This document shows, one piece after another, positions 27,665 through 36,457 of a DNA stretch of 43,415 bases (the stretch's first letter is position 1; each line of letters starts with the position of its first letter). The position numbers were made by a program, and so were the translations under genes. The notes beneath the pieces are model-generated. The model was not told where the DNA came from, made no database searches, and worked only from the letters and a program-made list of their open reading frames with translations. Source of the DNA: a virus (Duplodnaviria > Caudoviricetes); the IMG/VR virus record IMGVR_UViG_3300038336_000120, positions 1 to 43,415 of that record; one strand, given 5' to 3'.

Positions 27665-28290
27665 AACTGAAGCTCGACATCCATCCTGACATCGTCGCGA
27701 TGATGGCGGACGAGGTCGCAGCAGGAGAACGCGCCGTGACCGCCGCCATGCGCGAGGCCGGAACTGGGCTGAAGACCGCGTGGCGGTTGCAGATCACCGG
27801 CGCCGGGCTCGGCACACGGTTGGCCAACTCGATCCGGAGCCAGAACTTCCCGAGGCCGGGCGAAAGCCTCGACGCTGCCGCGCTGGTCTGGTCCAAGGCG
27901 CCGGTCATCGTCGGTGCGCATGACACGGGGCCGCTGATCCGCTCGAAAAACGGGTTCTGGCTGGCGATCCCGCTGCCCGCCGCAGGCAAGTCCCTGCGCG
28001 GCGGCCGGATCACCCCCGGTGAATGGGAGCGACGACGCGGCCTGCGCCTTCGCTTCGTCTATCGCCGGACGGGCCCAAGCCTGCTGGTGGCTGAGAGCCG
28101 GTTGAACACGAAGGGCCAGGCAGTGGTGTCGCGTTCGAAGACCGGGCGCGGCAAGGTCACCGCGCCGATCTTCCTGCTCGTGCCGCAGGTCAAGCTGCCG
28201 AAGCGGCTGGACCTGGCGCGGGACGCAGACCGGGCGTTGGACAGCGTGCCGGGGCTGATCGTGGCGAACTGGGTGGAGGGGAAGGTCTAG
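27661..28290 (+). CDS. DUF6441-like basic neck/tail-completion protein
   Basis: R/K-rich; LGTRLANSIR, WLAIP, PIFLLVPQVKLPKRL; ATGA-coupled. Confidence 0.7.
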   Translation: MKLKLDIHPDIVAMMADEVAAGERAVTAAMREAGTGLKTAWRLQITGAGLGTRLANSIRSQNFPRPGESLDAAALVWSKAPVIVGAHDTGPLIRSKNGFWLAIPLPAAGKSLRGGRITPGEWERRRGLRLRFVYRRTGPSLLVAESRLNTKGQAVVSRSKTGRGKVTAPIFLLVPQVKLPKRLDLARDADRALDSVPGLIVANWVEGKV

Positions 28291-28323
28291 CTTGCCTCGT
28301 ATTCCCGGCCAATCGTGCAACGA

Positions 28324-28347
28324 AAGGCGGGGAGGTCGCCCCGCCTT
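28324..28347 (-). terminator. Hairpin terminator downstream of the L,D-transpeptidase
   Basis: AAGGCGGGG-AGGTCG-CCCCGCCTT between convergent genes. Confidence 0.65.
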
Positions 28348-28361
28348 CAGAAATTCGAAAA

Positions 28362-29063
28362 TCAGTAAACTGCAGCGAGCTCGGGCGAACGGTGCGACGG
28401 CAGCACACGCACAGTCACACCGTGACGCACGCGCTGATGAAGGTCGATCACGTCCTGGTCCAGAAGACGAATGCAGCCAGATGATACAGCTTTGCCAAGA
28501 TATTCCGGCTCGCATGCTCCGTGAATCCGGTAAAGCGTGTCCACGCCATTCTGGAACAGATAAAGTGCTCGCGCGCCAAGGGGATTTCCCGCGCCCGGAT
28601 CCATGCCGCCGTTTGCTACGGAATACGGCTCCAGTTCGGGTCGGCGCGCGACCATCGTGTCCGGCACCTTCCAGCGTGGCCAGCTTCTGCAGAACTGAAG
28701 CCGGGCGTCACCTTGCCATTCGAACGCCGCAGCCCCGGTACCCGCACCATATCTCATGGCGCGTCCTTCGTCCTCTATCAGGTGCAGGAAACCGGCGTCG
28801 GGATCCACAACGATGGTTCCGGGCTCCTCAAGCGGAAATGGATTGTCAACCTCCTGACGCCAGAGCTTTGGCGGCACAATGCCTTCTGGTACCGCCGGAA
28901 TTGGATAGGGTTCACTCGTAATTGCGCCATAATGCGCGGGAAGCGGCGGAAAGATTTCGGCTTCTGGCTCGACCGGTGGCTGGAGAGAGGCCTGAGGGTT
29001 CATACCGCAAGCCGAAAGCGTCGCCACGGAGCCTCCGGCAACGAAAGCACGACGGGTCATCAT
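28362..29063 (-). CDS. L,D-transpeptidase (YkuD family), Tat lipoprotein
   Basis: TRRAFV twin-arginine signal, LSAC lipobox, PGTIVVD, NPLGARALYL, YRIHG...SSGCIRL catalytic motif. Confidence 0.93.
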   Translation of the reverse strand: MMTRRAFVAGGSVATLSACGMNPQASLQPPVEPEAEIFPPLPAHYGAITSEPYPIPAVPEGIVPPKLWRQEVDNPFPLEEPGTIVVDPDAGFLHLIEDEGRAMRYGAGTGAAAFEWQGDARLQFCRSWPRWKVPDTMVARRPELEPYSVANGGMDPGAGNPLGARALYLFQNGVDTLYRIHGACEPEYLGKAVSSGCIRLLDQDVIDLHQRVRHGVTVRVLPSHRSPELAAVY

Positions 29064-29069
29064 GTGTGT

Positions 29070-29135
29070 GGTCCTTATGTGCTGATGATCGTTGGTGACC
29101 GCGTATGTTGCGCGGCCGCGACAATCAGCAGGACC
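29070..29135 (-). promoter_or_regulatory. Stem-loop sequestering the ldt Shine-Dalgarno
   Basis: mRNA 5'-GGUCC UGCUGAU...GGCCGCG-CAACAUA-CGCGGUC...AUCAGCA CAUAA GGACC-3': the 5' arm is the last codons of the upstream ORF, the 3' arm covers AAGGA. Confidence 0.75.
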
Positions 29136-29496
29136 GGGGAGGATCCAGTGATCCCGCCGGTTTTACCCCAGTGAGCTGCGTTCTACCGGCAGGCAAGACG
29201 GAATCATCAGTAACTGTCAGATCCAGGGAAAGCGCCGATCCAAGAAGTGCGATATCCGGGCCGCAAGGTGAGCCGATCAAAACGGCTGTGCGACAGCGCT
29301 TCGGCTTTGGCGCGACAAACGTCCCATCGCGAAGGCCGCCAATAGAAACTGCAACAGGCGCTGCATCGGAGTCTGCAACGGCAAGTTCCGGACTCTGTTG
29401 GAACCGGGATTGTGAAGCAAGGGCTCCAGAATACGCACCCCATGGCAATACCGCCAAAACGAGGATGAGAATTGCGAGGGATCGAAGCAAGGCCAT
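29125..29496 (-). CDS. CutF/CruR-like exported leader peptide
   Basis: Sec-type signal (MALLRSLAILILVLAVLPWGAYSGALA), C-X9-C, C-terminal DPPRSC; 61 nt upstream of ldt. Confidence 0.65.
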   Translation of the reverse strand: MALLRSLAILILVLAVLPWGAYSGALASQSRFQQSPELAVADSDAAPVAVSIGGLRDGTFVAPKPKRCRTAVLIGSPCGPDIALLGSALSLDLTVTDDSVLPAGRTQLTGVKPAGSLDPPRSC

Positions 29497-29666
29497 TGGC
29501 TTTCGTTGCTGGCTCCGACACCGAAAGTCAAGGAAGCGATTGGCCTCGTGAGATCAATTCGCTGCGAGTTTCGCAGTCCCCTGAGGTTTGATCACTCTGA
29601 GGCGGATGACAATAGCCAAACATCATCGGCCCTTTCTCCCTCGTCTCATAGGATAGTCATTGACCT

Positions 29667-30086
29667 ATGCCCACCCCCCGCGAAACCATCCTCACTGCCC
29701 TTCACGCGGTGCTCTTGACCCTACCCGCTACCACCCTGCGCGGTGACGTGTTGCCCGAACGCGTGCCAACCGCGGGCCTGCTGATCTTGCGCGACGGCGA
29801 TCCGGGCGAGCCTGAGGTTACGCTGTCGCCCCTGCGCTACCATTTCCAGCACCGCGCCGAGATCGAGGCGGTGGTGCAGGGCGCCGATCGGGACGCCGCA
29901 TTCGACACCCTCTGCGCCAGCATCGGCGCAACGATTACAGCCGACCGCACGCTTGGCGGACTTTGCGACTGGGTCGAGGCGGAAGCGCCGCGACCGGTTG
30001 ATCTCGCCGTAGAGGGTGCGGCGGCGCTGAAGGCGGCGGCGATCACCGTCGTGTTGCACTACACCACCGCCGATCCGCTGGGCTGA
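29667..30086 (+). CDS. Tail terminator protein
   Basis: MPTPRETILTAL, ADRTLGGLCDWV, YTTADPL; precedes tail tube. Confidence 0.75.
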   Translation: MPTPRETILTALHAVLLTLPATTLRGDVLPERVPTAGLLILRDGDPGEPEVTLSPLRYHFQHRAEIEAVVQGADRDAAFDTLCASIGATITADRTLGGLCDWVEAEAPRPVDLAVEGAAALKAAAITVVLHYTTADPLG

Positions 30087-30122
30087 TCCCGGCAACCATT
30101 CCCCCCACAAAAGGAGACACCC

Positions 30123-31061
30123 ATGGCACGTGCGCAAGGCGCGCGGGCGCAGATGGCGCTGGCGTTCGAGACCTCTTACGGCACCCCGCCGGTCGGCGGT
30201 TTCACGCGGATGGCCTTTGCCAGCACCACGCTTGGCGCCGAGCAACCGCTCCTGGGCAATGAGCTCTTGGGCTTTGGCCGCGATCCACTAGCGCCGATCA
30301 AGGACGCGGTAACGGTCGATGGCGATGTGGTGGTGCCGATCGACGCGGAGGGCTTTGGCATCTGGCTGAAGGCGGCGTTCGGGGCACCGACCACCACCGG
30401 CATTGGGCCCTACACGCATGAGTTTCGCTCGGGCGGCTGGAGCTTGCCGTCGATGACGATCGAGACGGCAATGCCCGAGGTGCCGCGCTATGCGATGTAT
30501 TCGGGCTGCATGCTGGATCAGCTCTCGTGGCAAGCACAACGCTCGGGGCTTTTGACCGCCACGGCAAAGCTCGTAGCACAAGGCGAGACGGTGGGCACGG
30601 CAACGAGTGCGGGCACGCCTGCCGATCTCGCGCTGCAGCGGTTCGGGCATTTCAACGGCGCGGTCAGCCGCAATGGCGCGGCGCTGGGCAACCTCGTCTC
30701 GGCCGAGATCACCTATGCCAACAATCTCGACCGGATCGAGACAATCCGCGCCGATGGCAAGATCGAAGGCGCGGACCCCTCGATAGCCGCCCTCACCGGT
30801 CGGATCGAGGTGCGCTTTGCCGATAGCATCCTCGTGAGCCAGGCACTGAACGGCGATCCTTGCGAGATCAGTTTTGCCTATGCGCTGCCTTCCGGCGAAA
30901 GCCTCACACTCACTGCCCATGCCGTCTATCTGCCACGGCCGCGACTCGAGATTGCCGGGCCGCAAGGCGTGCAGGCACGGTTTGAGTGGCAGGCGGCGCG
31001 TGATGCCACGATGGGGCGCATGTGCACCGTCACGCTTGTCAATTCCACGGAGGCCTATTGA
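30123..31061 (+). CDS. Major tail tube protein
   Basis: AAGGAG RBS, LAFETSYGTPP, LPSMTIE, ITYANNLD, PRLEIAGPQGV. Confidence 0.85.
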   Translation: MARAQGARAQMALAFETSYGTPPVGGFTRMAFASTTLGAEQPLLGNELLGFGRDPLAPIKDAVTVDGDVVVPIDAEGFGIWLKAAFGAPTTTGIGPYTHEFRSGGWSLPSMTIETAMPEVPRYAMYSGCMLDQLSWQAQRSGLLTATAKLVAQGETVGTATSAGTPADLALQRFGHFNGAVSRNGAALGNLVSAEITYANNLDRIETIRADGKIEGADPSIAALTGRIEVRFADSILVSQALNGDPCEISFAYALPSGESLTLTAHAVYLPRPRLEIAGPQGVQARFEWQAARDATMGRMCTVTLVNSTEAY

Positions 31062-31498
31062 TGCTGCGTCTGAACCTTTCTCGCGAACCGGAATGGCTCG
31101 AGTTGGCGCCCGGGCTGCGATTGCTGCTGGCACCGATGAGCACCGCGCTGATGATGGCGGCGCGCGCCGACCCGGCGGTGCAGGACCTGCCCGAAGATGC
31201 TAGCAACGACCAACGCGGCATGATCTTCGCCCGAGCCCTCGCACGGCGCGCGCTGCTCGACTGGGAGGGCGTGGGCGACGCCGACGGCGAACCGCTACCC
31301 GTCACCCCCGAGGGGATCGACGCGCTCTTGGACATCTTCCCGATCTTCGATGCGTTCCAGACAAACTACGTCGGCAAGGGTCTGATGCTGGATGCCGAGG
31401 GAAACGCCTCTGCGCCCTCGCCGACTGGCAGTTCGGTGGGGGCGATCGCTACTGCGCAGCCTGTGACGGCATCTGCCCCGACTGCCCGGCGCGGTTGA
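31061..31498 (+). CDS. Tail assembly chaperone (gpG-like)
   Basis: LLDWEGVGDADGEPLPVTPE; contains slippery G GGA AAC at 31399-31405. Confidence 0.8.
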   Translation: MLRLNLSREPEWLELAPGLRLLLAPMSTALMMAARADPAVQDLPEDASNDQRGMIFARALARRALLDWEGVGDADGEPLPVTPEGIDALLDIFPIFDAFQTNYVGKGLMLDAEGNASAPSPTGSSVGAIATAQPVTASAPTARRG

Positions 31499-31728
31499 AC
31501 CGGCCGCAAAGTATTGAGGGCGAACAGATCTGGGACCTGGTGGGTCGCATCGGCGGCCAACTGCGCATCGCGGGCTCTGCGGTGATCGGCTGGGACATGG
31601 GCGCGGTCCTGGCCATGGCGGCCGCGCTTAGCGTCAGCCCTCTCGCCGTGGCCGAGTTCCTGCCCGGCATCGAGGCGGTGATGGTGCGCAAGATGAACGA
31701 ACGATTGGGGAGCGGCGAGGATGGCTGA
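31402..31728 (+). CDS. Tail assembly chaperone gpT part (expressed as a -1 frameshift gpGT fusion)
   Basis: The -1 frame is open from the slippery site (KRLCALADWQFGGGDRYCAACDGICPDCPARLNRPQ...) through the 31495-31728 ORF. Confidence 0.75.
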   Translation, partial: KRLCALADWQFGGGDRYCAACDGICPDCPARLNRPQSIEGEQIWDLVGRIGGQLRIAGSAVIGWDMGAVLAMAAALSVSPLAVAEFLPGIEAVMVRKMNERLGSGEDG

Positions 31729-34135
31729 GAAACGGATCAGCGTTCGCCTGTCCGCAGAAGGCGGCAAACAGGTTCGCGCCGAACTCACAGGCATTGGTAC
31801 TGCCGGGGCTGAAGGGTTTGGCCGTGTCTCGCGCGAGGCGGATGCGGCGAATGCGCGGCTGGCGGCCTTCGCGCGCCGCGCCGGGGTGGTTGCGGCAGCC
31901 GCAGCCTCGGCTGCCGCGGCAGCGGGCGTGGCACTGATCCGCTCTGGCCTGCAGGGCGTCGATGCGCAGGCCAAGCTGGCGCAATCGATGGACACGACTG
32001 TCGCGAGCATCCAGACGCTGACCTGGGCGGGTGAGCTTGCGGGCGTGTCGCTCGGCGAGATCGAGCAGGCGGCGGGAATGCTGACCCGGCGGCTCAGCGA
32101 AGCCGCAACCGGCGCCGGGCCTGCAGTCGCGGCACTTGGCAAGCTGCGGCTGGCGGCACAGGATCTGCAGGCGCTGCCGCTCGATGAGCGCATTGCGGCA
32201 ATCCAGGATGCCCTCGTCGCCTATGTGCCGGAAGCGGAACGCGCGGCGGTGGCCTCGGACCTTTTCGGTGATCGGGCCGCGCTCGTCTTCACCCGGATCG
32301 ACACCGCGACGTTGCGGCAAGCCAGCACCGACGTGCGCGCCTTCGGCGTGGTGGTGTCGCAAACCGACGCCGCACAGATCGAACGCACCAATGATGCGAT
32401 CGCGCGGCTGGGCCTGCTGGGCCAGGGGCTTGCCAACCAGCTGGCGGTGGCGGCGGCCCCGGCGCTCGAAAGCCTCGCCGATGCGCTGGCGCGGCTGACG
32501 GCCGTGACCGGCCCGGTCGGTGGTGCGATTGCGGCGCTCCTCGACAACCTCGACCGTTTTGCCGCCTATGCCTCGGTGGCGGCGGTGGCCCTCACGCTGC
32601 GTATGACGCCCGCGGTGATCGCCGGGGCGCTTGCGGTCGGGCGGCTGACGCGGGCACTGGTGCTGACACGCGCGGCGCTCATCCGCACCGGCTGGGGTGC
32701 CGCAGTGGTGCTTGCCGGGGAACTGGCCTACCGCATCGGCAAGTCAGGTGAGGCGGCGGACGCATCTTCTGCGGCGCAAACCCGGATGAACGAAGCACTG
32801 GGGATCTATGCGCAGGTCGGCGGCCCCAATGCGCGGGCCGAGGCGATTGCGGCCACGCAAGCCTATGTCAACGAGGCCGCCTCAAAGCTCGAAAGTGCGG
32901 AAGCCTCGCTCGCACTCCTGCGCGCCATGCAACAAGAAGCGCAGACGCGGGTTCCAGAAGGTTTTACCGCAGGCGCTTTCGCCAATGACATGGCGGCCAA
33001 TGATCTGCGGCTTGCGGTCGAAGCCGCCGAGAAGTTGCAGGGCGAGTTGGCCGAGGCCCGCGCCCGGCTGAAGGAGATCGAAGCCACCGATCCGGCGGCA
33101 CCTCTGGTCGTGGCCAGCAATGCGGCCGCCGCCTTGGGCGGGCAACTGGCAACGGCAACCTCGCGCGCGACGCGCCTGGCGCAAGCGCTGGGCAAGGCGC
33201 CCGAGGCGCTCGCCAGCCTGCAGGATCAGGCGGCGGTAATCTCGGCCGGGCTCAATGCCGCGGCGATGGGCTATGACCGGCTCGGGATCTCGGCGGCGCA
33301 ATACCGCGCCGGGCTCGAGCGGGAATATGGGCTGGCGCAGCTCACGCATTACGAACAGCGGCAGTTGGCGCAAGAACAGATCGATGCGCGCGTGGTGCTT
33401 TATGAGGCGAACCAGCGCCGCCAGGCCGAGCTCGATGCCTATCTCGCGGGGCTGGCGGAGCTCCCCGCTGCGGAAGCCGCCGCTGGCAGTGCCGCAGTGG
33501 CGGCAGCAGAACAGGCGGCGACCGGCTGGGCGGCAGTGACGGCGGCGCTCGGCGATTATGCCAGCACCGCGATGGATTGGGGCAAGGGGCTGGGCGAGAC
33601 CTTGTCCCGCGCGTTCCAGAGCGCGGAATCGGCGTTCCGCACCTTCGCGATGACCGGCAAGCTCGACTTCAAGGGCCTCGTGCAATCGATCCTCGCCGAT
33701 CTCGCCACCCTTGCCTTCAAGAGCGCGGTGCTGGGGCCGATCGCCAAGTGGCTGGGGAGCACCTTCCCGGCGCTCTTTGCCCCCGTGGCACACGCGGGCG
33801 GCATGGTCGGGGCGGCGGGGCCAATGCGTGCGGTGTCGCCGCTTCTGTTCGCCGGGGCGCCACGTTTGCATTCCGGCGGCTGGGCGGGGCTCGCGCCCGA
33901 CGAGGTGCCGACCATCCTGCAGCGCGGCGAGCGGGTGCTGTCGCGCCGCGAGGTGGCGGCGGGGCTGGGTGCCGGAGCTGGCGGTAGCGGCGTCAGCATT
34001 AGCATCGATGCGCGCGGCGCGGTGGCAGGTGTGGCCGAGCAGATCGATGCAAAGCTGCGCGCAGCCCTCCCCGAGATTGCCCGCATCGCCAAAGCCAGCG
34101 TTGCCGATGGGCGGCGGCGTGGCCATGCGATTTGA
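31721..34135 (+). CDS. Tail tape measure protein
   Basis: 804 aa Ala-rich helical; MAEKRISVRLSAEGG start; lambda-like C-terminus (TGKLDFKGLV, HAGG, DEVPTILQRGERVL). Confidence 0.9.
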   Translation: MAEKRISVRLSAEGGKQVRAELTGIGTAGAEGFGRVSREADAANARLAAFARRAGVVAAAAASAAAAAGVALIRSGLQGVDAQAKLAQSMDTTVASIQTLTWAGELAGVSLGEIEQAAGMLTRRLSEAATGAGPAVAALGKLRLAAQDLQALPLDERIAAIQDALVAYVPEAERAAVASDLFGDRAALVFTRIDTATLRQASTDVRAFGVVVSQTDAAQIERTNDAIARLGLLGQGLANQLAVAAAPALESLADALARLTAVTGPVGGAIAALLDNLDRFAAYASVAAVALTLRMTPAVIAGALAVGRLTRALVLTRAALIRTGWGAAVVLAGELAYRIGKSGEAADASSAAQTRMNEALGIYAQVGGPNARAEAIAATQAYVNEAASKLESAEASLALLRAMQQEAQTRVPEGFTAGAFANDMAANDLRLAVEAAEKLQGELAEARARLKEIEATDPAAPLVVASNAAAALGGQLATATSRATRLAQALGKAPEALASLQDQAAVISAGLNAAAMGYDRLGISAAQYRAGLEREYGLAQLTHYEQRQLAQEQIDARVVLYEANQRRQAELDAYLAGLAELPAAEAAAGSAAVAAAEQAATGWAAVTAALGDYASTAMDWGKGLGETLSRAFQSAESAFRTFAMTGKLDFKGLVQSILADLATLAFKSAVLGPIAKWLGSTFPALFAPVAHAGGMVGAAGPMRAVSPLLFAGAPRLHSGGWAGLAPDEVPTILQRGERVLSRREVAAGLGAGAGGSGVSISIDARGAVAGVAEQIDAKLRAALPEIARIAKASVADGRRRGHAI

Positions 34136-34150
34136 GCGAAAGCCGCCCCG

Positions 34151-34744
34151 ATGATCCCGGAATTGCCCCTGAACCTCGTGCAATCGCTTGAGCGCCGCCT
34201 GGTCACCGCCACCTCGCTCGCGACCTCGCCCTTTACAGGATCGGCGCAGCTGCAAGACTGGGGCGGTGAGTGGTGGGAATATCAGATCGAGATGGCGCAG
34301 ACGCAGGGCCGCGACGGCCGCCGCCTTGCGGCCTTCTTTGCCCAACTGGGCGGTGCCCGCGGGCGGTTTTTGTTCCGTGATCCTGCCATCTTGCAGAACC
34401 CCGGCGCAGGCGACCCCATCGTCGATGGCGCCGGGCAGTCGGGCAACTCGCTTGCCACCCGCGGCTGGGCGGAGAATGCGCCCGCGCTTCTGGCAGGCGA
34501 TTTCCTGTCGCTTGGGGCAGATAGTGCAATGCGGCTTTATCAGGTCACCGCCGATGCCATTGCCGATGCAGAGGGGCGCGCAACGTTGGGCCTCGTGCCG
34601 CGGCTGCGCGCCGCCCCGGCTGACGGCGCAGCGCTCGAGGTTGCAGCCCCGGTTGTGCTCTTGCGCCTTGCCGCCCCGGTGCCTGCCCGGATTGGTCGCG
34701 CCGATAGCTACCGCTTTTCCTTCACCGCTCGCGAGGCGCTATGA
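34151..34744 (+). CDS. Distal tail (Dit-like) protein
   Basis: SPFTGSAQLQDWGGEWW, AFFAQLGGARGRFLFRDP; follows TMP. Confidence 0.7.
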   Translation: MIPELPLNLVQSLERRLVTATSLATSPFTGSAQLQDWGGEWWEYQIEMAQTQGRDGRRLAAFFAQLGGARGRFLFRDPAILQNPGAGDPIVDGAGQSGNSLATRGWAENAPALLAGDFLSLGADSAMRLYQVTADAIADAEGRATLGLVPRLRAAPADGAALEVAAPVVLLRLAAPVPARIGRADSYRFSFTAREAL

Positions 34745-35301
34745 GCCGCGATCTCACCTCGGCCTTTGCCGCCGCCCTTGCCGAGGTAGAACTGCGGCCT
34801 GCGCTGTTTTTCGAGGGCCAGTTCGCCACCGGCTGGTTGCGGCTCTGGTCCGGGCTGGGCGAGATAACCTGGAACGGCCACACTTGGGCGGGGGCCGGAT
34901 CGCTGCTCGGCATCGGCGGCATCGACGAGCGCGGTGAGGTGGTGGCCTCGGGCACCACGATCTCGCTCTCTGGCGTACCGCTCGACATGGTGCAACTGGC
35001 GATCGGCGAGGCTCGCCAGGGCCTGCCGGGCCGGATCTGGCTGGCGCTGCTGACAGAGGGCGGCAGCATCATCGCCGACCCGGTGCAGGCTTTTGCCGGC
35101 CGTCTCGATGTACCGCAGATCACCGACGACGCAGAAACCTGCACCATAACCTTGAGTTACGAGAGCCGCCTGATTGATCTCACTACCCCGCGCAGCTGGC
35201 GCTACACGCACGAGAGCCAGCAAACGCTGCATCCGGGGGACAAAGGGTTCGAATATGTCACTGCGATTCAGGACAAGGAGGTGACCTGGGGGCGGGGGTG
35301 A
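34741..35301 (+). CDS. Minor tail / hub protein
   Basis: LRLWSGLGEITWNG, HPGDKGFEYV...WG; ATGA-coupled. Confidence 0.7.
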   Translation: MSRDLTSAFAAALAEVELRPALFFEGQFATGWLRLWSGLGEITWNGHTWAGAGSLLGIGGIDERGEVVASGTTISLSGVPLDMVQLAIGEARQGLPGRIWLALLTEGGSIIADPVQAFAGRLDVPQITDDAETCTITLSYESRLIDLTTPRSWRYTHESQQTLHPGDKGFEYVTAIQDKEVTWGRG

Positions 35302-35329
35302 AGGATGCTTTCGGCTGGTTGAGTGGCTC

Positions 35330-35353
35330 GCGGCGAATGGCGGCAATGAGCCC
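35330..35353 (+). repeat. GC(A/G)GCGAA-type direct repeat, copy 1
   Basis: GCGGCGAATGGCGGCAATGAGCCC aligns with the copies at 36160 and 36207. Confidence 0.5.
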
Positions 35354-35419
35354 TTAGTAACGCGACAACCCAACTAATGTAGGCTTGCGCTTGACCAATT
35401 CATCCACCAAGTTCCATTC

Positions 35420-36091
35420 ATGACAAATTCGAATAAGCAGTTCGTTGAAAGTGCCGCACCAGAATATTGGTATAGTTACGCGCATGAGCTCGCGGATACG
35501 GCCGACTGGATTTACAAAAAGTCGAAAGGTGAGTGGATTGCTTACATTCACAGCTTTGCTGATGGCTCGACGGATACCTACAGCCGACCACTAATATCTC
35601 GCCCAGTCATGCTGATGTATGGTTTAGCCTTCGAGAACATGATCAAGGGGTTGCTGATCTCAGAAGAGCCAACTCTGTTGCAAGGCGGAAAACTTAGTAA
35701 GCATCTGCTGGGCCACGACCTTATCAAATTGGCAGGCCGTTTGCAGTCCATACAACTTGACGACAAGGAGCGCGAATTGCTCGCGCTACTTTCCGACGTC
35801 GTGCCGTACCACGGGCGCTATCCGGTCCCCAGAAACGCGCAAGACCTGAAACCAGAAAAGTACATCAGCGAAGACATATATACTTCTTGCAGGGCGTTGT
35901 TTGTCCGCTTTGAGATGCAGCTTTACAAGCTGAACTTCCAAGGAATTGACGCACCAGAGGGGGTTCGCTTCGCAAATTTACGCTTAACACATCTTGATGC
36001 CAAGGCGGATTTCATAACTGAAGAAGTTGATCTGGAAACGCAAAAACTCATCCGAGGCTTCAAAGATGGCTCGCGCGAAGCATCAAGATAA
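35420..36091 (+). CDS. Stand-alone HEPN-like protein (low-GC moron)
   Basis: GLAFENMIKG...GHDLIKLA...GRYP matches the E..lK / HdL / RYP pattern of HEPN domains. Confidence 0.65.
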   Translation: MTNSNKQFVESAAPEYWYSYAHELADTADWIYKKSKGEWIAYIHSFADGSTDTYSRPLISRPVMLMYGLAFENMIKGLLISEEPTLLQGGKLSKHLLGHDLIKLAGRLQSIQLDDKERELLALLSDVVPYHGRYPVPRNAQDLKPEKYISEDIYTSCRALFVRFEMQLYKLNFQGIDAPEGVRFANLRLTHLDAKADFITEEVDLETQKLIRGFKDGSREASR

Positions 36092-36159
36092 AAGTCAATA
36101 ACCGCATACGCTTTTAAGGATGGAAGCCACAGCCCTCGATTTCCAAAAGTTTAGCAGAT

Positions 36160-36230
36160 GCAGCGAAAGCCCGCTTCGTCCCGCACAGCAGAAGTTGGTG
36201 CCGAGCGCAGCGAAGGTCCGGTTCCCGCCC
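36160..36230 (+). repeat. GCAGCGAA-type direct repeats, copies 2 and 3 (47-bp period)
   Basis: GCAGCGAAAGCCCGCTTCGTCCCG (36160) and GCAGCGAAGGTCCGGTTCCCGCCC (36207). Confidence 0.6.
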
Positions 36231-36457
36231 TGAGTGTCGATCGACGTGAACGGCCCAAACCGGTTTTTCGTGGTTCATGGCAGGCACTTCATGCGAATTT
36301 CTAGAGGTGAGGTTACGCCGCTACGTTCAGCGCAACTTGACTCTACCCTAGATTGTTTTTATTTGATCTTGCCTAGGCCAATAGGTGCAGTCATGACCGA
36401 TGATCAGCATCAGGCCTCCCTTATCAAGCTGCGAGACAACCTATAGGGAATGCAGAC

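Noticed and set aside
35330-36230. Repeats as a CRISPR array or integron attC sites
   Set aside because: Only three degenerate copies, irregular spacing, and no clear RYYYAAC/GTTRRRY ends or integron integrase.
36234-36446. 70 aa ORF between HEPN and XRE genes
   Set aside because: No RBS or motif; overlaps repeat-derived and AT-rich promoter-like sequence.
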